From the NCBI GenBank assembly GCA_000708835.1, contig DF236954.1, forward strand, positions 298,052 through 362,051: a stretch of 64,000 nucleotides of DNA. Reading direction: 5' to 3'. Every line of letters begins with the position of its first letter. Position 1 is the first letter of the stretch. This DNA is from Klebsormidium nitens (lineage: Eukaryota > Plantae > Klebsormidiophyceae). Both the position numbers and the translations under genes were made by a program. This document shows positions 13,701 to 25,312 of the stretch, piece after piece. The notes under the pieces were generated by a model. It did not search any database. It was not told where the DNA came from and saw only the letters and a program-made list of their open reading frames with translations.

Positions 13701-16700
13701 GACGGAGTCCAAGGTCGAGCCGGACGAGGTGAGAATTACACTCTTTCCAGTAGGTTCATGTTTTCTGAGGTTGTTTCCAACTTCTCTGTTTTGAATGTCA
13801 AGAAGCCTTTTGAGATTTGCGTTGACGTGACGGAGTCCAAGGTCGAGCCGGATGAGGTGAGGGTGACACTTTTTCGGTTCTCTATCTTGAAATGGTTTCC
13901 AAGTTCTTTGATTTGATGTTTGAAAGTTTTTTGGGTTTTGCGTTGGCGTGGTGGACGGGATGACGGAGTCCAGAGTCGAGCCGGACGCGGTGTGTTTAAC
14001 TTAGCGAGATTTCTGCTTCAAAAGTCTGAGTGCTTCTTGAGAATTGCGTCAACAAGCGCGAGCTGACTCGGCGCGGTTCTGCATAGTCTGCTTGATTTTC
14101 TCAGGGTGTTGTCTCTTGGTGAGGGTTAGACCTGTCGAGGTGTCTGCTTCAGGGCTCTAAATTTCTTTGACAAACTCGAGCCATCCCGGTGCCGACTTGG
14201 ATCATTCAATCGGGCTTCTTCGGCGTTTTCTTCTAGTATCGCTTCAACTGCTACTCGTTGTTGCTGGACAAATCCTGGCAAGTACTTCCGTCACCCTGAG
14301 ACCTTTTCATCGTGAGAGTAGTTTTCAAGAGCAACTCAGAAACGAAATTGCCGTTTCTCCGCCACGGCAGGCGACCTACTCGTTGCTGCTGGGCATATTC
14401 GGCAAGATTCGCCCTCAACCTAAGAGTCTCTTCTTCCCCGGATATTTGATTTTACCCGAGTATTCAAGAAGTACGTCCACCTGAACAATCTATTTTTCTG
14501 TCCCGGCAGGCGACCTACTCGCTGTTGCTGGGCATGTTCGGCAAGGCCGGGCTGCACCGCGAGGCCGCAGAGATGTTCTGGAAGATGCACGACCGGGGCT
14601 TCCTACCGGGCGTCCCCACGTACAACGCGCTCATCGACGCATACGGCCGCGGCGGCTTATTAGAGGAGGCCGAGCACGTATACGAGGACATGCTCGAAGC
14701 CAAAAAGGCGCCCAGCCTAGGAACGTTCGCCGCGCTTTCGGCAGCAATTGCAGCAAAGGGCGACGGCGAAAGCGCGGGGGATTTGTATTCAGATATGGTG
14801 GAAGGGGGCTATAAGCCGGACGGGCCGCCGTTTTGTAACCTAATCGCCGCTTATGCGAAGATACGAGATGTGGATAACGTGGCGCGGTTATTGCGAGAGA
14901 TGGCGGCGCCCCGGCAAAGCTTGGAGGTGTCGACGCTCGCGGGGTTGCTGGTGGGGCGGTACGACGACGATTACAGGTGGGAAACGCAGACAACCTACTA
15001 CCGCAGATGCTCCTACTTTTTCGATGGCCAGTAAAGCTGGATGAAGATCTCACAAAAGCAACGTCTAGCGACTGTTGAACCGTGGAAAACAAGGATGGAC
15101 AGAGGAGTGATAGAGGGCCCTTGAATTGGCATAAGGGGGTCCCAGTACCGGGAATGAGGTTGCTCTTATCCCAGCGCTGATCTCGAGTTGCCTTTCTCTT
15201 AACTAAGAGACCAGCAAGGTGGAAGCCGCAGTCACACTCTGAAGTCGAAAGGACAATGCGGCTGGCTTTCCAGCGAATCTGTCGTTGTTGCGGGCTTCTA
15301 CTTTCAGTCAGCAGCAGAGGTTGAGCTTCATCGAAGAGGCCCACTTCGGTCGTGGTTTTGTCAAGAAAATACCTCCCAACAATACCTTCCTGTAAACCCT
15401 TTCAGCTCTGAAAGCGCAACACTCAGCGCTATCCGCACTTCGTGCCAGGTGGCAAGAGATAGAGTTCGTGCTCGAAGCCCAGCGGTTGAGCTCCCATTCG
15501 GCAGGCGCAATTTCGCCGGCTCTTGGAGTACAAATTATTTCCTCACACCGTGTTCAAGTTTGCATCCAAACATTTTGAAATCCATAAATGCTACACGTCT
15601 TGACAGGCGGCAAGAGATGGAGTTTCTGCTCGAAGGCCAGCGCGATTGGGGCCTGCAACGGTTGAGCTCCAATTGGATTGCCCCACCTAACTTGGTCTCT
15701 GACTACCGAACTTCTTGACACCACATGGTGACTTCAAGCGTCGAAACTCTGATTATTAAACTTCTTACGTCGTGCCAGGTGGCAAGAGGTCGAGTTCGTG
15801 CTCGAAGCCCAACGCGACCGGGGCCTGTCCGACAACATGGTCTTCTACAACGCGCTCCTAGACGCCCTTTGGGAACTGGGCCAACACGCGCGCGCCGTCA
15901 AAATAGTGCGGGCCGCTTTGGCCCGAGGGACGTTCCCCGAGGCAGTAAAGCGGTCGGACATGATCTGGGCGATCGACGTGCACCGAATGAGCGGCGGAGC
16001 TGCTCTCGCGCTGCTGTACAGCTGGCTGGGGGAGATGCGGGCTCTACGAAAGGTGCGGGGATTCAGTTTGCAAGCTTTTTGAAAGTAACTCGACGGAGAC
16101 CCTTCAGTGATATACCTGTTTTCTTGATGCATCGTTCACACGGGCTTTGGAACTCCTTTCCCAAGAACCGGGAAATATGGTCAAAACCAACGTCTGTCAG
16201 CTTTAGAATTCATTGAAGCGCCCAGATCCTTTTGCCGATCCCGCAGACCTCTGAGGCTTTGAAGCCTGGTTTAAGCAAAGCCTGCAAATACTGTCTACAT
16301 TCTGCAAGTCTGGCGCAGCCTGCGAGGAAGGTGCGGGCCAATGCCAACACTAAATGATTTCTAAGGCACTGCTCCTCTTCGTGTCCCAACTACAAGAACC
16401 CTTTAACAAGCGAAGGACTCTTGCAGTAGTCCACAGCTTGTTGACTGACCGATTTTGTCTTTCTGGTTCGCAGAAGCGCGTCAAAAAGGGAGAGGAGCCC
16501 CCCCCGGAGTCCCCAGGGATCCCCGATACCCTCAGCGTCGTGGCCTGGGTGGGCCTTTCGAAAGCGTCCCCGAGGGACGTTCCGGTCTACCAGGCAATAA
16601 ACATTGCCCTAACGGAATTGGCCGGAAGCACCAGTAATTATCCGTTCCAGGTACGCTGCTTCGGCTGCTTCAACTTTTTCAAGATACAAGGATGTCCGGG

Positions 16701-17205
16701 TTGGATCCTCAATGTGAACCTGTGTAGTACGAGCTCTTAACCCTGTTGTTGGCTCCCGTGACTGTGCAAGCAGAAGTACGGAATCGTATTTGGACGATAA
16801 CATCGGACCCATTGACTTGTGTACGTCCTGATCTGCCCGCATTCTTCTGCTCTTTTGCAAAGCGATTCCCCAGTTTCCTCCTCAAGCCGTCAGAACCGCA
16901 AAGATTGTCACTTTCAAAACGCCGAAAGAGATTACATGAGTTCGCGCGGTGTACTCCTTCTTACATGCCGCTCATCATCGGTCAGCCTCGGGACTGTGCT
17001 TTTACTCTCTACTTAACTTCGGATGAATGACGAGTCTTTTCAAATTCTGCAGCCCGCCCCCTGGTCCGAGGGCCGGTGGATAGCATCCGGGCCGTCGGCA
17101 AGCAAATGGCTAGCGGGGGTAAAGCTGGGCCGGAAACTAGAGCTAGACGACGCCCCCCTCCCGGAGCTTTTCGTAGACATCGTCGAGCGGGGAGCGCTGC
17201 GATAA
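7711..17205 (+). CDS. PTAC2: Plastid transcriptionally active chromosome protein 2 (PPR-SMR protein). Exons 7711-8304, 9314-9490, 9817-10008, 10635-10795, 11481-11637, 12235-12524, 13530-13728, 14510-14976, 15779-16052, 16474-16650, 17053-17205
   Basis: Tandem P-type PPR motifs plus pTAC2-typical segments (DWQRASRVFKYMQRQ, WEGLLDLFGQMRHEGIQPD, GRYDDDYRWQEVEFVL, FYNALLDALWELGQ, WAIDVHRMSGGAA). Ser/Pro-rich transit-peptide-like N-terminus. Intron phases join in frame. The start codon is inferred. Confidence 0.93.
10990..11480 (+). repeat. Three tandem echoes of the pTAC2 exon 5 acceptor and 5' half
   Basis: acag|gtgcat(c/a)cc(c/t)gacac...ctgatggc...gaggagcg...atggcggacc units; exon-like starts at 11012, 11169, 11321, real at 11481. 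Confidence 0.95.
11885..12234 (+). repeat. Two echoes of the pTAC2 exon 6 acceptor
   Basis: cag|gccggccag...gaggcg...ttcaa..cgca.gaagc at 11898 and 12080; real at 12235. Confidence 0.93.
12890..13995 (+). repeat. Echoes on both sides of pTAC2 exon 7: four acceptor-side, two donor-side
   Basis: cag|gg..tgttggcggcctgcgg starts at 12899, 13060, 13229, 13387 (real 13530). gacggagtcca..gtcgagccgga.g.g|gt ends at 13856 and 13989 (real 13728). Confidence 0.95.
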
Positions 17206-18519
17206 CGGCAACGGATTCCAGTCGTCCTTTCCGTAAGCAGGGGCGGCGTAAAGGTATTGAACGAGGATACAGGGGGTCGGGGAATTTCTCGCGCGGCGCT
17301 TGTTTTTGCTGTCGAAGCAATCTCTCTGAATTGCTTCCCGTAAAGAATCAAGCCTGGCCCCTGACGTTGTTGCCACAAGATCAAAGCTGCAAACCTGGAG
17401 GGATTCGAAGACGAGCCTGATCGCCCGAGAATGCAAGGAGTTTGCGAACATTTGGGCAGAATGCGTGCCGAATTGACTAAGTGATGCCAGTCATGAGCGA
17501 CACAATTGCAGGTTGGCTGAATATGATCCTTCTGTTTCGCTTCGCAAGCACGAACAGGAACTGCAAGGCTGGAATCTGCAAAAACGAATTTACCTATTTT
17601 GATATGCGTTGTTTTAGGACCCTCCAAGGCGAGCGCAACGTGTTTTTATATGTGATATTGAGCGAAGGGCATGACGGTCACCCAGTGCTCGGGGTACCCT
17701 TAATTTCCGTACTATCATGCAACTCACGGCTCTTGCATCATAATCGAGACCGAAACGGGGAGTGCCAGATGGCTTTGTGCATGTGAGCGCGCCCCGGGAA
17801 TATCAACAGAGATTGCACGAGCCTGTCGCCATGTAGTTCGCAAGCTGCGGCCAACCTCGAAGAACAAAGCATGTGTCAATCGCGATCTCATGTATACGCT
17901 TCGTGCCCGCGCGGCATGTGATCTCGAGATATCGTACTATTGCAACCGTCAGGCTGAAATCCATTTCGTCCGGCCCGGATTTGTTCCGATTTCACGGGCC
18001 ATGCCAGCATGGAAGCGACTCAGTGCATAATCCTATGGCAGGCCGCAACCGCGGGGCGGACACGTGAGAACTTTTTAGACGTTTCGGGTGCATGGGCACA
18101 AGTGTAGAGCGCATGTCATGCATAATCTATACGGGTCTCAGTTTAGCTTTTTGTGCACATTCTTAGTCGTTGTACATGCCATGCGCTTGCAGTTGAGGTA
18201 GTCTCTTGATATCAAGAGGTATTTGCCCCGGCCGCGCTGGCCGCATTCAGTTGCATGCAGATGTTGCCTTAAAACGCGCAGCCTTAAAGACTTATGCGGG
18301 CCGGGCCGGCGGCCTGGCTGGTTGGCCACGGTCACATTCCCCTAGCGCATGGTGAGCACGCAATCGCTGATGAGCCTGTTGCATTACTTGAAGCGGCTTC
18401 TTTACAAAGGTTGGTTGCATGCTCTGGATACGTGACACAATGAGGAAACGCGCAGGTTTATGTGATCTAGCCTGAAAATGACCTTTCGAGTCTGGGGTAG
18501 CACGTGTCGACCTGATGGG

Positions 18520-19657
18520 TTAGAGGGACCCGTTAGCGGTAGAAGACTTCGACGCTATCACGATATCCACGTTTGAAACGGTGTCAAATAATATCTCGAG
18601 CCAATCCTTCGCACCCGCATGATGGTAAGCTGAGCTCCGAGAAGCGAGGTTGCCAATTTCTCTACTCTTTGACAAGGTTTTTCCGTCTGAAACGAAAACG
18701 CCCCGTTCTACCGATTGGTTGAATTGCCTCCTTCTCGATCTCTTGGCGAGTATCAACAACCCACATAACTTGACGCAGGAAGAAAGTCCTCGAGCACATA
18801 ACCCTTCTTCATGAAGTAGTTAGCACGTTCATCTCTACATACCGTTTTACAGCCGTCCTCAAGCTCCTTGTTTTCTGCTCGACAGGGACAATGACACATA
18901 CCAAGGAGGGTCTGACTAGCGACTTTCTCAATCTGCCGATAAAACGGCCACCCACCCGTAAAATGGTATATCTCCACCGTTACCTTCATTGCAGCTTCCA
19001 TCCAATTCTGGATTGAAGAAGCAGATGGTTTTTGGAGGTGCCAGCACCGTTTACCGTCTCAGCGCATGCCTTCTCAATCTCAGCGACTGCAGGCAGTGCT
19101 TGCAGCGTAAAAGGCTGTACGTAGTTTATTCTTGGACACCCAACCTCTTCACAGTAACCTTGGCCTGAGCAGGAATGCCGCTTTATTTTCGAACTATTAT
19201 ACCTCACATTAGGGCCCCATGCCCACACACAGAGATCCCTCTGGTGACGATTACTCCTGACCACGATCAGAGAATCCATATAGTAAGAGTACACGTGCTC
19301 GATATCCTGCTCTTCTTTTGGAATACCCAGCCTTTCGGCTCTTCTTGTCTCCCAGCGACCGGTCACCAAACGTTTAAAGCCACCAAACCAAGCGGTTGCC
19401 TCTTCAAACCTCCTCGTTTCAGCGGTATATATATCCTGAGGTGGCTCTGCAACGCCATAGAAAGCTTGCTTCCAGATGGGAGAATCTTGAGGAGCAAAGA
19501 GCTGGATGGCCTTGCATGCGCATGTGGCTGCTACCAAGGACCGGGGATCTTGAACAGCCAGCTTGCTCACGATGAGTGCCAGAACATCATCGGGAAGCTC
19601 CGCTAGTCCTACACCACGGGAGCGCGAAGAGAGCGTCTGGCCTTTGTTCGTCTCCAT
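18520..19657 (-). pseudogene. Intronless F-box-like gene A1, frame-disrupted
   Basis: N-terminal F-box-like motif LAELPDDVLALIVSKLAVQDP...TCACKAI...IWK from ATG 19657. Alignment to paralog A2 (PPKEPSDFPMLDWMEAMKVTVE) shows a net frameshift near 19040. Homology continues in ORF 18753..19001 and probably ORF 18520..18759. Confidence 0.75.
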
Positions 19658-20144
19658 TCCAATTTTCCAATTCAAGGAACTGACCTGCGACCTGACATCT
19701 CGAAAGACTCGCGTTTGTTCCCCAATTCTGTGTGATGCTGAGTCCTGGTTTATGGCTTTGTTCAGCAACTTCGGGTGCCTGGGTCCTGATCAAGGACTTA
19801 CCTATCTGTGGCCTAAGGTGCTCAGAGACGCCACTGGGTGAGTCGGTGCTTACATTCGGTTAGCCTAACGGTTAGGGTATTCGGGTGCAGGGCACGTAGA
19901 AATCTGATCTGGGTTAGGGCTGGGTTACGGGGTTTTGTTTTCAAGTACGCGGGTACACACGCGGCCACGTGCACCGGCGAGGGTTTCGATTTCGGGAAGT
20001 TTAGGGCGCGTCCCCGCAACATGCGGCCGCCGCAGCTGATGGATTGTCTGATCAGAGATATGGATTTCTAAAGAGTAGGTAGTTAAAGCGCTTTCTTCTG
20101 ACGTTTTGCCATAACAGTGCTTTACGGAAGGTCGCGGGGCCCCA

Positions 20145-20572
20145 ATGGACGGAACTACTCTTAAGGCAATTACAGAGCGCTTGCAAAACCCTACGGAGTC
20201 GATGATTGACCAAGATCCCTATGCAACGCAACTCATTTGTTCTGAGAAAGTTCTATGTCCGGTCTTCCTTACTATAGCAAAGAGTGCAGGCGCAGAAGCG
20301 GTTGCTCAAGCCTGTTGCACTTGCAAAACGTTCCGAGATGTTGGCTCATCAAACGCTATCTGGAAATTTTGTACCAAGGCAAATTTGAAGGCTGGAAACA
20401 CCGGGATTTTGTTCACCTTTGTGCTGAGCAAGATGGTAAGATATACAAACGAATGGTCACTGCAAAGCTGATGACTCTCCGTCGGGCGTACCGTAAGCAG
20501 ATGCAGTCCATGTGGTTAACGTTGGAGCTTATTCACGCAAGAGTTGAGACCATCTTTCCTGATCGGAGGTAG
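20145..20572 (+). pseudogene. Short F-box-like gene B1 with a 1-nt frameshift
   Basis: Reads CSEKVLCPVFLTIAKSAGAEAVAQACCTCKTFRDVGSSNAIWK, then gctatctggaaattttgtac versus gctatctggaaaattttgtat in paralog B2, i.e. one A missing near 20363. The downstream frame ILYQGKFEGWK matches B2. Confidence 0.7.
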
Positions 20573-21170
20573 ATTGTAGGCTTTGGTGCCAAGGAGATCC
20601 TCGTGCACCTTCTACTTTCTACCCTGAGGTCCTTTTGCGTTCACTTGTACTAGTTATTGGCCTTGTTCACGGAAGCTAGGGCGCCAGCAGGAGGGAACTG
20701 GCACAGGCACAGGCACAGACATCACAAGGCAATCTGCTATCTTGATGTCTAGCTGGCTAGAAGTAAGTGAAGATTTGCAAGCGTTAGACGGTCCTTCCAA
20801 AATATCCGAGTCAGGATTTCTCGTCGTGCAGTGCATGAACCGTAACGCCAGAAACGCTATGACATCAGCTACGTCCCGCCTGGAGATCAGCCGGTGCAAT
20901 CAGGTGCAATTTCTGCCGGGCGGCCTGGCCCGCGCCGGCAATAGCCATGCCCGGGCGCCGCCTTGGCCCAGGAGACCATGGATTGGGCATGCATGTGCAT
21001 TTGTCATTTCACATCGAAGATGAATGAACATCTTTTGTACGAGGTCTCTGCGGATCCAGAGCTTCATTGATGTTCATGAATGTAGTATCTTTGCGAAGCG
21101 GCGCGCATCATAGTGTCATCATCTGGCACATCGCGGACACTTGGTCACTTGAAGTTGTATGATCCTCCCA

Positions 21171-21904
21171 AAACAATGATGGTATATCGCAGTGCAACGC
21201 CTTTCGGGGAACAGGGTCAGCATATATATAATGCCCGCCGTCAAATAGTGTGGGCCTCTTTGGCCCGGGAGAATTTCCCCGAGGCAGTGAAACGCCCGGA
21301 AATCTTATTGGCTTTTTGACGTGCACCGCATGAGCAGCGGGCCCGCCCTCGCAGCTGGATGCGGGAGATGGGGGTACTTCGACAGGTGAAGGAATTTTGT
21401 TTTCAAGATTTCGTAAGTAAACGGCTCAACTTTGAACCTTTCGATGGTACGCTTGGTTGTATATATAAAGCTCTCGTTCTGTAAGCGAAGGCATTAGCCA
21501 GCCTCTGTCATCTTCAAAAAGCTTCGAAGTGACCGAACCGTTTCAAATGTGGTTCCGTAGATTGAGAAGGCTTCGAAGCGTGAAGTCTCCAAGCCTGCAG
21601 GTGCTATCTAAACATCTGAAAGTCTGGCGCAGCGTGCGACAAAGGTGCGATGAGAATAAAGCAGTAGCTGTATCAAAATCTCTGGAGCGTTGCTCCTCGG
21701 AGTTGTGCCTGAACTCTCCGAGCTATCAGAACTGCATAAAATAGCTCACACACTGTTCACTCAGCAGAGTTGCGTTTCTGATCCGCAAAAGCGCGACAAA
21801 AGGCGAGAAGAGCCCCCCCTCGAGTCCCCAAGGATCCCTGACACGCTTTGCATTGTGGCGTGGGTGGAACTTTTGAAAGCGTCCCCAAGGGATTGTTCCA
21901 GTCG
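21171..21904 (+). pseudogene. Decayed duplicate of pTAC2 exon 9 (3' part), intron 9 and exon 10 (5' part)
   Basis: Matches ccgtcaaatagtgtgggcctctttggcccg...ttccccgaggcagtgaaacg...gacgtgcaccgcatgagc (exon 9), aagtctggcgcagcgtgcga (intron 9) and gaagagccccccctcgagtccccaaggatccctgacacgc...gcgtgggtgg (exon 10), with indels. Confidence 0.9.
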
Positions 21905-22397
21905 CGCGCATGAATTAAGCCTGCGGGGGCGACTTGGACGCTTCATCTCGATCCAATGCGAGCTTGCTTCCACTCAAAAGCGTGATGAATGAATGATAAA
22001 TGAAAAACATCCCATGCACATCAATCAGTGCTTGCGCTAGCTAGTTGGATATGGAGACATGTAGATGTGTAGATGCAACAAAGCCAGATTAAAGTTGGCT
22101 GTTCGAGCCTGATAAAACCAGATCTCCCCTGAAAAGTGACAGGGACCTGTCTAGCCATTGCCATTTGATCACATGATCACAACCGGGGACGACATCGCTT
22201 CAGATCTCGTCCTGAACAAATCAAATCTTCTGTCCGTTCGAAGCGGGTCCGGCCTTCCTACCGGAACCACTGGGATGCCCCAATGCCCTGGTTCCAACCT
22301 CTCGCCAATTACCCATACCCGTATGATACCCTACGAACAAACTTTGAAAGTTTTTCAACAGACAACTCTTGGACTAGCTGATAGACTTCAAACCATT

Positions 22398-23174
22398 TTA
22401 GAACAGGTCTCCGAGCTCCTTATTTTCCTGCTCGACCGCAACAAAGCAGGCTCCCATGAGAAGGGTCTGGTAAGCGACGTTCTCAGCCCGCTGATAAAAA
22501 GGCGCGCCACCGCTAAAATCGTAAAATTCCACCGTTACCTTCATGGCCTCCATCCAGTCCAACATAGGAAAGTCAGACGGCTCCTTGGGAGGCCCAGACA
22601 CGCTCACCATCTCAGAACATGCTCCGTCAATTTCATCCTCTGAAAGCAGAGTTTGTAACGTGTATGGCTCTACGAAAAATCCTGTGTGCCCTGAATCTGC
22701 TCCCGTAATTGCATAGCTTCTTCTATCTGCATAGAACCTCTCGTCAACCCCCCATCCCCACACGCACGGTCTTCCCCTCAAGGGTGTTCTGGCGACAAAT
22801 AGAAAGCTTGTATACCGAGAGTACAGTTGGTTGCAGTCCTGCTCTTTCCTTGGAAGCCCCAGGTTTCCGGCTCTTCTTTCCTCCCAGCGACCGGTGACCA
22901 GACGCTTGAAGCCACCAAACCATGCAATTGCCTCCTTAAACTTTTTCGTCTGGAGAGTGTCCTCAGGTGGCTGTGAAACGCCGTAGAAAGCTTGCTTCCA
23001 AAATATAGAATCTTGAGGAGCGAGGAGCTGGATGGCCTTGCATGCGCATGTGGCTGCTACAAAGGACTGGGGATCCTGCACAGCCAGCGTACTGAGGACA
23101 AGTGTCAGAGCATCGTTTGGCAGCTGACCTAGTCCGACAAGCGAAGAGTGGTTGTGGCCTTTGTTCGCCTCCAT
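22398..23174 (-). CDS. Intronless F-box-like protein A2, probably C-terminally truncated
   Basis: ORF from ATG 23174 (MEANKG...LGQLPNDALTLVLSTLAVQDPQSFVAATCACKAI...FWKQAF), a close paralog of A1. The stop follows an apparent 1-nt insertion relative to A1 after ENKEL. Confidence 0.75.
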   Translation of the reverse strand: MEANKGHNHSSLVGLGQLPNDALTLVLSTLAVQDPQSFVAATCACKAIQLLAPQDSIFWKQAFYGVSQPPEDTLQTKKFKEAIAWFGGFKRLVTGRWEERRAGNLGLPRKEQDCNQLYSRYTSFLFVARTPLRGRPCVWGWGVDERFYADRRSYAITGADSGHTGFFVEPYTLQTLLSEDEIDGACSEMVSVSGPPKEPSDFPMLDWMEAMKVTVEFYDFSGGAPFYQRAENVAYQTLLMGACFVAVEQENKELGDLF

Positions 23175-23500
23175 CTCTTGCGAACCGAACGACTGCAAAA
23201 GAAAAAGAAAAGCGAGACCGGCCCTCCAAAATGATCCTACTTTTCGAAGCTAGTTTGTTCAGCTTGAAGCATGAATGGCCATGACGGCGGAATACTTTTT
23301 CGGGAGGTTTAGGGCGCGACCACGCGACAGGCGGCCGCCGCGCGCAGTCGAAGGACCAGACCTACTCCTAGGAGGTTCCCAGGAATCGTACGAAGATAGA
23401 CAATAAGGGACGCGCCTAAAGCCTCCCTTATTAGACGCGTTTCCAGAATTCCCTACACAGCCCTTCACGGTTGCGCGCTTCAGTCGACAGAAGCGCTCCC

Positions 23501-23860
23501 ATGGCAGCAGAACATGTTGTTTGTTCGGAGCAGGTCCTCTTCCCGGTCTTTCGAGCTCTAGCAAAGAGCGCAGGCGCCAAAGTAGTTGCTCGAGCCTGCT
23601 GCACCTGCACAGCGTTCCGAGATGTTGGCTCAGATAACGCTATCTGGAAAATTTTGTATCAAGTCAACTTTGACGATTGGAAAGACTGGGAGCTTCTCAG
23701 AGCTGAGAAAAATGGTGACTGCAAAGGGATCTTCACTGCAAAGTTGCTAAGTGAGTGTTGGCAATACTCCAGAAACACCTCGAAGCGAGTGGAGTCCAAC
23801 AGGTTGAGAGTGGAGCTTCTACAAATGACATCTGATCTCCTAAAACTATGGGCTCACTGA
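23501..23860 (+). CDS. Short intronless F-box-like protein B2 (119 aa)
   Basis: MAAEHVVCSEQVLFPVFRALAKSAGAKVVARACCTCTAFRDVGSDNAIWKILYQ; paralog of B1. The F-box call rests on motif resemblance only. Confidence 0.6.
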   Translation: MAAEHVVCSEQVLFPVFRALAKSAGAKVVARACCTCTAFRDVGSDNAIWKILYQVNFDDWKDWELLRAEKNGDCKGIFTAKLLSECWQYSRNTSKRVESNRLRVELLQMTSDLLKLWAH

Positions 23861-25312
23861 TTGGTTGACAAGTTCGTCAGACTGAGGACCCATGTTGAAA
23901 GAGCTGTCATGTTGATGGGTTCAAAACCCAAGCAAGCCAGCAGAAGAAGCAGAAACTTTTCATCTGCGTCATGTTGATCTAGACACGGACTCAGTTGAGC
24001 AATTGGGTAGACGTAACTCTGAAAGGAAGCTTATAATCTTTGGCGGGAGGTTTTGCGATCAACAGTGAAGTCTGGGTCCGGCTTGTAAGTTGTTGTACAG
24101 ATTCAGCTACAGGAGTTTTGAGTCCGAACGTTTCTATTGTCTGATACATGCCATGAGCTGAGAAGAATCACACGTTATGATCTTACCTAAACCGGGCCGC
24201 TGACGGGTCCGCCTATGGTCCGGGCGGCAATATGTACCGTACCGCTCTAACGTACACTGCCACACCATGGCCGCCTCATGCAAGTACGTACGCATATCTA
24301 TAACATTGTAGGGGCAAATTGTTGCATGCAGTACGCCTGCAGATACAACACATGGTATAAATTCGGTATATGACAATTTTGATAGATTTGCAGGTATCAA
24401 TGATTGCAAAGCAGCGTGATATCGGCCAAATGTATATGATGTTGTGTCCAATCCCAACACTTGCAATCGCGGATCGACATGCGAAGGGATGATTCTTCAC
24501 CAGACAGTGTTCTTCCATGGACGGAAAGTGCGTGAGCGCCTCGATTATACAGGCGGCCTTGTATAGTAGACTGCAGCGAGTGCAAGGCCAACTGCTTTAG
24601 GCAGCTGGATATGGCCTGCGGTCTCGGAATCCAAAATTCCTTCGGAACCCTATGAAATGGTGGCCGCCACATAGGCGGCTGGACATGCTTGCTAGGTGGA
24701 TGCAGATAACAGGGACTCAAAAACCGTATACCAATGACAGAAAACCGGTGAATCCTTGCTGCAGCAGCTACAGCCGCTCGGCTTCGAGCATGTTACATGT
24801 CTGAAAAGTTTTCCAGATATTCAGCCCATGATCATAACCAGGTATATCGATCAACTCTATCTGAAGTCTCCATCTGGCTTCCGTGCTTGTTTCCACTGAC
24901 CTTTACAATTCTTACATGAATCCCGCAGCTTCTTATGTTTCAATTCAAATAGCCTCCCAGCGATATTTATTGAAACGCCGACCTTTTTCTTTGGAAGTTA
25001 CTTCAGACAATCGGAACGTAGGGACGTGTTCTTCAGCTCCGAAACTTCAATCATTACATACTCTCTACATAAAAAAGCAACCGAGTTGCTGAGTTGTACA
25101 TACAAAGGCAACCGAGTTGCCCACATATACTGAGTCCGTCATCAAATAACACCAGTAAACGAGATAAGACTCAACTTTCTACCTTCTTCACGAGCCTACA
25201 TTTGAGGACGTGTTTGTCTTGCTACTGTGATTACGGCCATTCATTCGAGGTCATCTGAATAGTGCTCGACTGCAATTGTACGTGGATCCACCGTTGGATG
25301 ATGAAACAAAAG

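Noticed and set aside
10990-13995. Echoes read as extra PPR motifs or mutually exclusive exons
   Set aside because: They are partial, have only one splice site each, and many contain indels or stops; they are nucleotide copies of the adjacent exon.
14631-15344. 237-aa minus-strand ORF and similar long antisense ORFs (29089-29745, 30310-30828, 17040-17627)
   Set aside because: Shadows of GC-rich coding exons on the opposite strand.
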